Assembly (NCBI RefSeq): GCF_018977255.1
Contig: NW_024704747.1
Location: 930,001-994,000 of the forward strand
Origin: Callorhinchus milii
Lineage: Eukaryota
Length of the DNA stretch: 64,000 nucleotides
Direction: 5' to 3'
In this document: positions 1-34,823 of the stretch, piece after piece
Layout: each line of letters begins with the position of its first letter
Position numbering within the stretch: position 1 is the stretch's first letter
Program-made: the position numbers and the translations under genes
The notes under the pieces: model-generated
Told to the model about the DNA's origin: nothing
The model's input: the letters and a program-made list of their open reading frames with translations, nothing else
The model's database searches: none

Positions 1-229
1 AAATTTAAATATAAACACTTCCCCCCCGCCCCACACTCAGAAAAGGGTGACTGGGCGCTATTCTGCGCAATACAAAACGCTTGCTTTCATTCAGTTAAAA
101 TTAAAGGGAGGCAAAAAAAAGCAAATGCTCGCGACCACGGCATTGTTCCCCTTCACGAGGGCGGAAGTGGAATGTGACAGCCTCACTCAGTCATCCTCCA
201 CAACAATCTCTGGAATCCTGAATTAAAAT

Positions 230-5204
<4,975 letters not shown>

Positions 5205-5862
5205 TCTGCTCTCGGGGCGGGAAATAAGGCTTTAAGACGGCTTCGCTTCGTCCCTGGAACCGGCAGACGTTTCTGGAAAGCTTCTCGCGACCTCGACTGC
5301 AACCGCTAAAATGGATTCCGCGCCACGCCGGAGTTTGCGCGCCACACCCAGGCACGCCGGGAGGTGTAGTTCCAGGCGCCTCCGCCCCGCGTGGGGCTGA
5401 GAGGCGTGCAGGGGAGGGGCGGGAATACAACTCCCGGCGCACCCCGCGCCACGGCCAGCACATGCGCGCCACAATCAAGGCACGCCGGGAGGTGTAGTTC
5501 CGGTCGCCTCCTCCACACCCCCGCTGGCCGCCCTCCGCGGGGCGGAGGGAAATACAACTCCCGGCGGCCCCCGCGCCAAGGAGCTGCCAGGACCATGTCG
5601 GCTGCTTTCAACCTTCAAACCGATGGGTTTGCAGAGCGTTCTGCTGAGCGCAGAGTCTGGGCGTAAATAACGATAATAGTCCTTGCGTTTGATATAACGC
5701 CTTATCTCATCTTCGGGACGTCTCAAAGCGCTTCACAGGATACGCTGTGTGTTTGAGGGTGAAACGCGGCGGCCAATTGCGCACGGCGGCGTCCCACAAA
5801 CAGTCGTGGATCGAAATGACCAAATTATTATTATTTGTAATTTTCTTCTTGAATGTGTTATC

Positions 5863-6218
5863 GTGGAGTCCTGTAACTCAGTGGTTAGAGCAGTCGACTC
5901 GCAAGCGAACGGACCCGGGTTTGATTCCCTTAGACGAATTTCCTCACTTACTCACACCGCCCGTTTACCTAATAGCAAGTAGGAATCTGGGTGTTGGTCG
6001 ATTGGCAGATTGCTTTTCTGGGGTTAATAATTCCTTCAAAAAAAATTGGTCACTTCAATCCATAACTGTTTGTGAGACATCCCTGTCCACAATTGGCTGC
6101 CGTGTTTCGCCCACAAAATATAAAGTAAAAACACTTTACAGTGTATCCTGTGAAGCGCTTTGAGACATCTCGAAGACATGATAAGGCGCTATATCAAATG
6201 CGAGGACTATTATTATAT
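5863..6218 (+). mobile_element. Full-length tRNA-derived SINE (A/B-box head, L2-like tail, (TTA)n)
   Basis: GAGTCCTGTAACTCAGTGGTTAGAGC...GGTTTGATTCC head and the family body and tail, which recur many times in the window. Confidence 0.85.
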
Positions 6219-7442
6219 TACCCCAGAAAAGCGATCCGCCAATTGACCAACAACCGGATTCCTACTTACTGCTAAGTGAACAGAGGCCCGTGCAGTAAGG
6301 AAACTTGCCCAACGTTTCATGCCTGACTATCGAACCCAGATGCAATCTGAATTTACTGATCCTTTTGCTGGGTGCACAAGGCAAACCACAGATTTACAGC
6401 AGAATAATCATATTTTAGTTCATGAAGCATTGAAAGTGTTGTATAGCTCTTCTGAGTATGTTTATGATGAATAACTCGCTGTAACTTTCAGATACGCTTT
6501 CCATGACAAGATTTTACTAAAAGTCTTTTGTTCCAAAACATTACAATATATTATTTAAAATGCATAATACAAATTCTCGATCAATTAGTCATCAGAGAAT
6601 AATCGATCATTTCTCTGGATTGATTTTAAACTGGGAAGAAGCCCTGTTTTTTGTGAAACCACATTCTGCCCTCTACTGAAAAAATTTCTTCAGGAAAATT
6701 AATATGATCAGAATTAAAATCTTTGAAAAAAATGTAAGGCAGTGCCAGTTCAGCAAAAAACACAGTGCTTCCTCCATTTTAAAATGAATTGTGAGAAAGG
6801 AGAAAATACAGACAGGCCTGAGAACACTGAAAGCCAATTCTATCTTTCAAACACTTGGGTAAAGTCTGAACATTTTTAAGCATTCTGTGTGTCAATTTTC
6901 ATAGGTGAAATGACCACTGGGTGACACTGCAGTCCTCTGGGTAAGTGGGCTCCTCCATTAAAACTCAATCAACCCCATTATTTGGGAATTTGAAGCGCGT
7001 ATGAGTACTGCTGTAGACCCTAGAGTGAGATCTACAATCTTTTAATAATAAGCCTTGCAATTGATGTAGCGCCTTATCACGTCTTTGAGACGTCCCAAAG
7101 TGCGTCAAAGAATATACTGTAAAGTGAACTGACTGTATATTTTGTGGTGAAACCTGGCAGCCAATTCTGCACAGCAGTGTCCCACTCACTGGTGGATTGA
7201 GTGACCAAACTATTATTATTTATTTAATTAGTTATTTTTGTTTAATATTTATTTTCTAAACGTTAACCTGCTGAGCAATGATGAAAACTCCAATCTCTCT
7301 GGTACTGCTTTTTACCAATACCGCGGATCTTAGCCTGACGAGTGCTGATTTTTCTCCACAGAAAGTGGTTGTTTGCATTGATATAAATTAATTTAAGTAA
7401 CATTAAAAAAAATGCAAACTTTACCCCTTGGTTTGGTGCATT

Positions 7443-13437
<5,995 letters not shown>

Positions 13438-14827
13438 GGTGAGCGCCAAACCCCCTCCCCCCGCACTGGGCTGAGACGAAGCTTCTGGAAGGTCGCGCTT
13501 TCCCGCCCAAAAGAGAAGCGGTTCTCTCTCTCTCAAGTTTCAGTTCAAACGTCGCCGTACAAAATGGCGGCCGGGGCGTGACGCCGCCCGCACGCGCATG
13601 CGCCTCGGGGGCGGACCGCGAAGCAGCCTGGGAGTCGGGGGTGACGCATCACGGGCGCGGTGGCGAAAGCATCATGGGAGTTGTAGTCGGAGCCCAGCAG
13701 CCAAAGCTCTCCCCCACCCTCTCCCCATTGATAACAGGGGTCTGTTTACCCTGAATCAGGGTTTGGGGAAAGTGTTCCCCAAGTGTCATCATCCAACGAG
13801 GCAAACGATGGGCAGCTGTTGCTGACTTTCAAATCAACCCTATCTTGTACCCAATTGTAAATCCCAATTCCTGCCCCTCTCCCCTACCCACAAAACTCTT
13901 GATATATATATACATAAAAACCTTTTGACCACTCATGTGGTCATGAGCTTTACTCCCCCTCCCCTCCACACCGCCTCTTCCCATCCCACTCACAGATCAT
14001 CTCGACGCCGTGAAGCGTTGTGGATAGTCACCCTACACGAAAGATTCTACATAGAAGCGAACCGTCATTTTGAAGCAGAAAAATAAATTCAACCACATTT
14101 AGAAAAACATTATATGAAACGGTTACAAACTACTCTGTATTAGTAATGCCAAGGAAAAGGGCTCATTTGGCCATAGGTTTTGTTTTTGATATTAAAAAAT
14201 AACCCGAAGGACAGGTGAGATAGAATATCAAGAGCTTTGCCTCTTTGACATGAGATTCTGAAAGCTGGTATCTCTCAATTTCTCACTTACTCCCAGCAAG
14301 AATATTTTGATGTAGGCAGCGAAGTAAAGTTGCACACACAAGAGGCTCTGGATGGGAGTCAGGAAGCTTATTCTTAATACTGCATTATTATGCATACATC
14401 ATTTAAAAATATGTTGAGCTTTGGTTAATTCATCTGCAAAACAGTCATTTACACATTATAGTAAATTCTGTAAAGTGCTTTGAGACATCATCCCTATGTG
14501 AAAAGCAGTGTCAATTGAAATGATTATTTTATTACAGAATCAAGCCTTCTGCCACTCACTGCCTCATCAATATCTTGTATACACATATCATTTCCTTGCC
14601 TTTGTATTCAGTGCTATTATATATTAAAAAAATGCCTTTTTTTAAATGGATTTACTAATTGGCGTTGAGGTGCCGATCAGTCATGATCTTATAGAATGGC
14701 AGGACAGACTCCAGGAGCTGAATTGTTCCTATGTTTCTATTAATTGCATTCCTACCTTCAAAGGTCGATGCATCAGACAGTAAAAAGAGCAGACATTAAA
14801 TCAGGTTTTTTTTATAGCCACAGAAAG

Positions 14828-14833
14828 TTTATT
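14828..14833 (-). terminator. Polyadenylation signal AATAAA of tubulin C
   Basis: TTTATT on the plus strand ~350 nt downstream of the stop codon. Confidence 0.5.
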
Positions 14834-15183
14834 AAAGCATTTTTGTTCCAAACATAAACGTGCATTCCTAACCAATAATGCACAATTCTGTGACAATTAG
14901 GAATGGTCAATTAATCCTCCTGACTGATGTTAAACCAGAAACTGTGCCATTTTTGGTACTACTGTACAACCATTGCCGTGGTTTCCTTCACACATTTCAA
15001 TTCATCCCACCAGTTACAAATCCTACAAAATCACAAGGCAGCACAGTTTTAGCAAGAACAGCACTACTTCCAGCTTAAGATCAATGGGGAGAAGATTGTT
15101 GGCGATCAAAGTACCTTGCCTTAAAGAACAAGTACAATCTCGCCATCATATTGATCCCAACCAATCTCAGGAATGCTTTTTAT

Positions 15184-23532
<8,349 letters not shown>

Positions 23533-24809
23533 TTTAATTTCTTTCACAAATCTTCAGAAATTCAGCAAAGCAGATGCAACAGAGGCTGTGCCGTGTAACG
23601 ATGGCAGTGCAGTGCAGAACAATGACCGAGCAGAGCAGCACCGGTGGATTTGTTGGCAGTAACAAAAGAGGGTGTGGTTTAGGGAATCAGCCCAGACCTA
23701 CCCCAGAAGAGATTCTGCACACCACCAATTAAAGCACCATCCGAGCAGAAAACTGCCAAGTAAGCAACCAGTCAGCTACCACAAGTGTAAAACACTGGTA
23801 CCACAGTACAACTAATTGGATAGACACTAAATGCATAGGTCACTATATTACACCAATCGCAGTCCCAGGCTTTGTTCTCCCGTCTCAACAACAACAAATT
23901 GCATTTATACAGTGCCCTTCATACCGGGAGGACTCAGTGATTGATTTGCACGACTATTTTTTTTAAAAAAAACGTTTCTGTCCCTTTTTTTTGCTTGATT
24001 TGACTTGCCCTGGTTACAAGGCAACCTCTGATCAGTGAGCACAGGCACAAGCAATTTTGTGTTACAACTCTTCTAATTCTTATTGCCGCTATTAACAGCG
24101 TGAGCAACAAATTAACTCCACTCTGGATACACCACCAAGATTGAAAACTAACTCACTATGAGAAAACAGGGTACAAAATAATATTTCTTTTGGAGAAGGA
24201 AAATTCTCAGAGGGAACTAATTTACGTTCAAACTAATACCCTTTGTTATAAAAAGAAAATCCTTATAAAATTATATTTGACCTCAGGCAACAAATTCTTT
24301 TGTTCCATCCCTGGGATCCACCATCTTAGCTGTCATGACTGTTGCAATATGAGGGTGGGGGGTGATGGGGGTCAGAGCCTGGTGCAGGAGAGGACGTTAA
24401 AGATTCTGATGTGTTATTCAAAGGATGGGAACTTCTCCCAGTGTTCTGGCCCATAATCCCCAGATAAAGCTGATTATTCACATCATGGCTATTTGTGGGA
24501 CACTGCTGTGCCCAAATTTGCTGCCACATACATCTACAAAATAGTCACTAGAGGTTACAGTAAATCCTACGATGCCTTCAAAAAGTCTTTTGTCGAACAT
24601 ACTGTTCAAAGGAACATACATATCTTCCTCTATGACTGCACTGTCGGTTACCTTTCCTCTCCCCACCCTTAGTTCGCACCCCCAGTTCGGGTGCCAAGCC
24701 AGGACTCTCTCAGTTGCCTCAGGACGTCCTCCCAACACGAAAGGTGCTATATAATTGTAAATTTGTAATGTATTGTTCAACCTAAGTTTTAACTGATTTT
24801 ACATTTCTT

Positions 24810-25330
24810 GTTCCAGAAGGTTCCTCCCTTCAGACTGCAGATAATCCAGAACTCTGCAGCCCGTGTCCTCTCCTGCACCAAACTCGTGACCCCATTCTCA
24901 CCCGACTCCATTGGCTCCCTATCCTTCAGAGGATCCAGTTCAAGATCCTGGTTCTCACCTACAAAGCCCTGCATGGCCTCGCCTCAACATACCTCTGCGA
25001 CCTCGTAACCCCTTACCAACCTGCCCGCTCCCTCTGCTCAGCCGGCTCCACACCCCCGACCCACCCGCTTCACCATTGGCGAGAGAGCCTTCAGCCACTC
25101 TACCCCCAATCTCTGGAATTCCATCCCCCAATCACTCCGCCTCGCCCCCTCCTTAAGTCTCCTTCAAGTCCCACCTCAAGACCCTCCTCTTCAACCATAC
25201 CATCGGCCACCCCCCTTTCCTTCCCTTCTCCCCCCTGATCCCAACTCGGGTCTGAAATGCTGTACACTGTCCAGCGCCTTGGGACGTCCTCCCGACGTGA
25301 AAGGCGCTATACTAGTGTAACCTTGTTGTT
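24810..25330 (+). mobile_element. L2-type LINE 3' fragment
   Basis: LQIIQNSAARVL motif followed by the L2 3' tail. Confidence 0.8.
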
Positions 25331-26949
25331 CAGGCATATTGAATGCTCCTATTACCACTCCAGCTGAGATTAGCTAACTCTGCAGAGAGCAGTAAAGCAA
25401 ACCCATGACATTTAGTTTAATATAATAATAAACCATGCATTTAATTCTTATTTCATCTGATGACAATTTGCCTTCATCACCTCCTTGGATAGCTTAATTC
25501 ATATACGTAAACCTGAATCGTCTATTCACCTTCCTACTTCTAAATTTGAGTCTTCATCCTCAAATTCTAATTTTTTTGTTACCTGATGACTGAAACCCAT
25601 CAACCATGCTCAACATTTTAAAGATATTATTGGGATCAGTCCCTGAATCCATATGAATTGACAACCATATAGATCATTAAGTACAGCATTTACCAGATAG
25701 CCATTGAATGAAGATTGTATTAATATATGCAATAGCAGGATATTTAAGAAAGATTGGAGAGGAGAAAGATATTAAACTCATTCATTCCATAGATCACTAG
25801 AACCCAGGTGACCACATGCAGATTATTTAATCTCTGCAGGAAAGATTGTGAAATTTTATCTCGTCTCCTTTCCAAGATAAATATATTACCTGAATAGAAA
25901 CAGATAAGTATCTTATCTTCAAGATACTGCTATAAAATCTTTAAGTAGGGCAGTTCTTAGTTTAAAGTCTCAACCGAAAGTCAATGCACTGATCTGTTAA
26001 AAGTGCACTGGAGCATCCTCTGAGATTTTAAATGCAAACTGCAAGCTAATCTCCTTCCCCATTCTGGCCGTAAACCACTGACCCCCTACCCTCCAACAGA
26101 CCGCCTTTAATAATCTAACAATCACTATGATAACAAAAATAAAGTTAATTAAATTATTATTAGTAGTAATAATAAATCTCCCTTCTTTCCCAATAACGTG
26201 CAGGTCATCAGTTCCCGCACGAACCGAATGAGATGGTGATGCAAGCTCTGTGCGGCATTGCAGATGTAATTCCTCAGCTGGGAGGCTCCTGGCTGTTGTT
26301 ATAGCTCTCTCCCCACCCTCCCTCTCCCATTATCTCCAGCACAACACCCCCATCGACTAACAACCGGGTTCCTATTTACTGCTATTTAAACAGAGGTGTG
26401 TGGAGTAAGGAAACTTCCCTAAGGTTTTGCCCCGCCCGGAAATCGAAGCCGGTCCTTTCAATTGCGAGGTGAGCGCGCTAACCACTACGCAATGGGAGAC
26501 TCCAGGTGTAATTATTATTTATTATCACTACTAATGATAACTTTGCCCGCAAAATACACAGTGGGGACTATTGGGAGAGAAGGGAAATTTATTATTACTA
26601 CTATTAAGGAAAACGCAATAAATCCTTGCCTTTGATATTGCGCCTCATCACACCGTGAGACGTCTCAAAGCGCTTCACAGGACACACTGTAAAGTGAACC
26701 GACTGTAATATTTCGTGGGCGAAAGGCGGCAGCCAACTGCGCACGGCAGAGGTCCCCCACAAAACATAACAACTTATAACAACCCTTGCGTCTTGACAAC
26801 AGCGCCAAGTCACGGCTTCAAGGCGCCTCGAAGCGCTTCACGGAGTATACTACGAGGCGAAATAAAATAATAATAAAGATTATTTTTTTTTATATGAACT
26901 TTTATTAGCAGCAGTCGTTTTTTCTCGAATCTGCCTCAAGAGTTAACAG

Positions 26950-28250
26950 CCCTTCCCACCCCATCCCTCGCCCTCCCTTCTTCTCTCCTCTCCCCCCCCC
27001 CCTCACCCCTCCCCTTCCCCAAGTCTCTCCTCTTTGTTACTGCGTCGCAGCGCCGCCATTTTAGGATCTTTTCCATCTCCTTTGTTTCGCGGATTTTTTT
27101 TGGCTTAAAAAAATAAAAGGAAAGGGTGGAGGGGGGGGGGGGAGGGAACGAAATAAAAGAATAAAAAACTATTTGAGGGACGGTTTTCTCCCTTGAACAC
27201 TATTTGAGTACCCCCCCCCCCCCCACTGCCTGTGGTGTCTGTGACACAGCGCAGTTTAACGGAAAAAAAACTATTGGGAAGGGATTTTCTGTCCCTGCGC
27301 CCACTCCCCATTCCCTCTCTCCGGTGCTTTACACAGCGCCGTTTAACGTTGTCACGTAAAAGCGGAGAGGAGACGGGAGGGAAGGCGGGTTAGCGGGAGA
27401 GGTTATATCTGACTAACGGTCCCTCTCTCTCTCTCTCTCCCGCCGCTCCCTTCCCAAAGGGCGGGTTACGCGGCTTTTAAGGCTCAACCCGAGTCCCGCT
27501 ATGGAAACCAACCCACCCCGCGGGTCCGGCGGCTCACCGCTCCGTGCGAGTCCGAGCTGAGAGGGAGAGAGCGCTAACCCTCACTAGACAGCGCCGAGGG
27601 AGGGAGGGAGGGAGGGTGATGGCGAGGGGGAGGGAGGGAAGGGCGCGGCAGCCATTTTGATGCCTTTTCCTCTCAGCGCTCGAGCGGCGACCGTTAACTC
27701 TGAGGAGAAAAGATTCCAGAAAACTCTACTCGGCGGTTCCGTCCGTCTGTCTCCCTCCCTCCCCCCCCTGCGCGGCCCGGCACCGGGCGGTGTAATGCGG
27801 CGCGGGCGCGGCAGTCGCTCTGCCTCTCACCATCCTTGGTTGTCGACGCGGAGGTGAGTTTGGGCGGGAAAGGCTCGAGCGGGTATGATGGCGGTTGCTG
27901 AAGTGACCGCAGTGCGCGTGCGCGTGAGGGGGTGGGCGGGGCGGGGTGGGCGGGGCCTGGCCGGCGGCGGTTGATGGATTGGCCGCAGTGCCCGAAGTGC
28001 GCACGCGCGGACTGGGCCTCGCCAGCGCCCCCCGGTGGCGGTGGTGGTCGTGGGGAGGGGGTGTCAGGTGACCAACAGTCCACAGGGAGGGGCCCATGGG
28101 GTGGGATTTATTATTAATAATAATAAATAATAAAATAAAATAATAATAAAACCCCGTGGCCGAGACGTCTCCGGGCGCTTCAGTGGGGGGAACGCGCCGC
28201 CCAGCGTAGTGACTGTGCGTTGTGCGGGCCAAACGCGGCAGCCAAGGCTG
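26950..28250. promoter_or_regulatory. Orphan CpG island with promoter motifs (YY1 at ~27052 and ~27651, GC boxes 27933-27958, CCAAT ~27978, NRF1-like ~27914)
   Basis: CpG-dense with clustered core-promoter motifs. Donor-like sites on both strands (27537 minus, ~27854 plus). No recognisable coding exon. Confidence 0.6.
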
Positions 28251-28387
28251 GCCACTGGGCGTGAGGCTCAATGTCTCATCCGAAGGACGGCGTCTGCGAC
28301 AATACGACACCCCCCATCCAGCGCTGGACTGGAGCATCAGATCGTTGTTGTCAAGGGTCAAGGATTCCACTTGACGGGAATCCTTGA

Positions 28388-28797
28388 CAACAACAACAAC
28401 AAGATTCCATTTATAGAGCGCCTTTCACATCGGGAGGACGTCCCAAAGCGCTGTACAGTTGGGTCAGGGTGAGGGGAGGGAAGGGAGGGAGCGAGGAGGG
28501 GGTAGAGAGTCGAGAGGAGAGCTGAAGGCTGAAGGTCAAAGAGAAAGGTCTTGAGACCGGCCCTGAAGGAGGAAAGGGAGGAATCAGTGCAAAGGCACTG
28601 GGGATGGAGTTCCAGAGCCTCGGGGCTGAGAGGCTGAAGGCCACCGATGGTAGGGCGGTTGGGGCGGGGGATGTGGAGCAGACCGGAGCCAGAGGAATGG
28701 AGGGTACGGGCAGGTAGGGGGATAGTAGGTCAGAGAAATAGGAGGGAGCGAGGCCGTGAATGGCCTTGTAGGTGAGGATGAGGATCTTGAATTCGAC
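28388..28797 (-). mobile_element. Young L2-type LINE 3' fragment
   Basis: EFKILILTYKAIHGLAPSY motif, the same 3' end as the 9480-9838 copy, and (CAA)n on the plus strand. Confidence 0.85.
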
Positions 28798-28847
28798 AGG
28801 TGAAAGCTCACAGGAGCGAACATACAACCAGGTCTTGGTGGAAATTC

Positions 28848-28853
28848 TTTATT
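28848..28853 (-). terminator. Polyadenylation signal AATAAA of tubulin D
   Basis: TTTATT on the plus strand ~450 nt downstream of the stop codon. Confidence 0.45.
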
Positions 28854-29303
28854 TTGCTCCAAAGTGTCCACACATTGAGAGGTAAACCAACAATTGACCC
28901 AACCTTTTCTCTGTTTCTGCACTTTCCCTTGAGAGGAAAGAAGGTGACCTGATAGAAGTGTCAATGGACTTTTGGGTATGGCAATAGAAAGGCAGCGGCG
29001 GGGAGGGGGGGATTATCCCAGCAGCGACCTTGGGTTTCTGGGAGTTTACCAGACATGTACATGTTGAGTTTACGTAACTATGGTGTAATGATCGGCCAAT
29101 TTGTATTCCTTTGTCTTTCCGATGATTTGTGAATAAAGCGGTAAATAGCTCAGTTTGAGAAGAACTCATCTACTCCCGGGTTAAGATAAATGGGGAGGGA
29201 GAGGAATGTTGTTCATGGAAAGAATTTCCTCTCAAAGGAACAGGTTTGAGTTTGTGCATTCTTCACTCCCAAACTCTCCCTCTCAGGGGGGGCTTTTCGT
29301 TAC

Positions 29304-32690
<3,387 letters not shown>

Positions 32691-32771
32691 TGTCCTGTGC
32701 TTCTCTCTTGCGACCCCCAGCAATCGTCGAAGAAGTCTCGGTGTTGTCTGGGGGTGTCTCGAGTGTCTGAA

Positions 32772-32819
32772 TTTATACCAGTGGCTGACACACAAGCCCC
32801 AGCCTTTGTTGCTAGCAAC
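32772..32819 (-). promoter_or_regulatory. TATA box (32772-32777) and palindromic RFX X-box-like site GTTGCTAGCAAC (32808-32819) of tubulin D
   Basis: TATAAA on the minus strand ~80 nt upstream of the ATG, with a perfect 12-bp palindrome ~30 nt further upstream. Confidence 0.6.
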
Positions 32820-33959
32820 AGGAGCTGGGATTATAATCGCACACAATGCCAGGTCAGGCTTCCCCAGGAAACCAACCAACCTCTCCACTGAACTGAATCA
32901 CAACACTGAAAACTGCCATCAATCAAGCCGCACAGTGAAACCAGTCTACACAGGGCACTGGTGTTGGCGGTTAGACTCAGCGCAATCGTCTGCTGCATTT
33001 TGCCTACAAAATACAGTGACTACACTTTACAGCGTATCCTGTGAAGCGCTATGAGACGTCTCAATGACGTGATAAGGCGCTGTACCAAATGCAGGGATTA
33101 TTATTAATCCAATGCCCAAGTTCCTCCCCACAAACACAGCCTTTAACCAGAAGCCTTATTCCTTCAGTTCACATTGTTGTTGCTTTTTTTAACTAATAAT
33201 AATCCCGGCATTTGATCCAGCGCCTTATCACGTCTTCGAGACGTCTCAAAGCACTTCACAGGATACACTGTAAAGTGAGTTGACTGTATAGTTTGTGCAC
33301 AGCAGCGTCCCCACAAACAGTCGAATATACAGTCAATCAACTTTACTGTGAAGCGCTTTGAGACGTCTCAAAGACGTGATAAGGCACTGCATCACATGCT
33401 AGGATTATTATTGTTATAAATCTCTGCATTTTTTATTTTTTGCAGGTGATTTTGAAAGGCAGTCCGTGTTCTCAGTAAGTCTGTTGCTCAGAAGGAGTTG
33501 TGTTGTGAGTAGGTATGGAAACCGCACCGCGTGGGGTCGGGAGGGGTGTGTGAGCATTTGTCTGCAGTCAACGGCAGTGGCTGAGGGTTGATATGCGATA
33601 TCACTGAGGCCAGAACACTCCCTCCTCCCAGTTCCCAGATTACAAACAAACCTCTCCCTCTGTCACACACAATTAACACTGGGCTCTGAGCTCACGCCTC
33701 GTAGATATTTAGTTACGTGTCTTTTCGAGAGGTTTGTTCAGTCAGGCGCCAAGAGAAGTTTGGCCGGTTTGTGGGATTATGTAACCAGGCAGCACATGGG
33801 GAGAGTGGGGGGGAACTCTGTGTGTGTGTGTGTGTGTGTGTGTGAGTATGTGGGCTGTGAAGCGCTTTGGGACGTCCTCCCGACGTGAAAAGCGCTATAT
33901 CAAATGCAAGGATTATTATTATTGTAAGTGTCTATATATAGCAATCTTCACATGGGGTA

Positions 33960-34282
33960 ACGTCTCAGATTGTGGGAGTGCGTGCGTGAGTGTGGGGGGG
34001 GGGGGTGGGATGACTTGTGTACATGGTGATTGCGTGTGTGGGGGGGGGGAATGACCGTGTATGTGTGTGAGTGGGAAGGGGGGAGTGACTCTGGGGTGCA
34101 GGGTCAATATGTGTGTGGGGTGGAGGATGACTGTGTGAGGTGTGGCTGAATGGGTGAGGGGGTGACTGTAAGTGTCTGTGTTTTGATGGGAGCGATTGTG
34201 GGTTTTGTGGGGGAAGGTGGGGCGACTGTTTGCGATTGTGAGAGGCGGTCTGATGTTTGTGTATGTGTGGGGGGGACGCACG

Positions 34283-34321
<39 letters not shown>
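33960..34321 (+). repeat. Degenerate TG/G-rich tract ending in a (TG)n microsatellite
   Basis: Read directly. Confidence 0.75.
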
Positions 34322-34323
<2 letters not shown>

Positions 34324-34430
34324 AGGCGAAACTGCGTGTGACATAAAGAACATATTTACACACACAATCTCACCCTGGAAACAGTAAGGAAACTTACAAT
34401 CGTATTTGCATTTGATATAGTGCCTTATTG

Positions 34431-34823
34431 TGGAGTCCTGTATCTTAGTGGTTAGAACGCTCACCTTACAAGCGAGAGGACCCGGGTTCAATTCCCGGGC
34501 AGGGAGAAACCTTAGGCAAGTTCCCTTACTCCACACGCCTCCGTTTACCAGCAGTCAGTAGGAACCCGGTTGTTAGTTGATTGGCGGATCGCTGTTCTGG
34601 GAGTAATAATCTCTTTTAAAAAAAAAGTAAAATAAAAAAAATTATTTGGTCACTCAATCCAGGACTGTTTGTGGACGCTCACTGCTGTGCGGAATTGGCT
34701 GCCGCGTTTCCCCCACTAAATACAGTCAATTCAATTTACAGTATATTCTGTGAAGCGCTTTGAGACGTCTCAATGACGTGATAAGGCGCTGTATCAAACG
34801 CAGGGATTATTATTATTATTGTT
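34431..34823 (+). mobile_element. Full-length tRNA-derived SINE
   Basis: Same family consensus from head to tail. Confidence 0.85.

Noticed and set aside
5863-5935. tRNA-like sequences with A and B boxes at many positions
   Set aside because: All continue into the SINE body and tail, so they are SINE heads and not tRNA genes.
25430-25700. TGATGA and CTGA motifs suggesting C/D snoRNAs
   Set aside because: There is no convincing C/D spacing or terminal stem on the host-gene strand.
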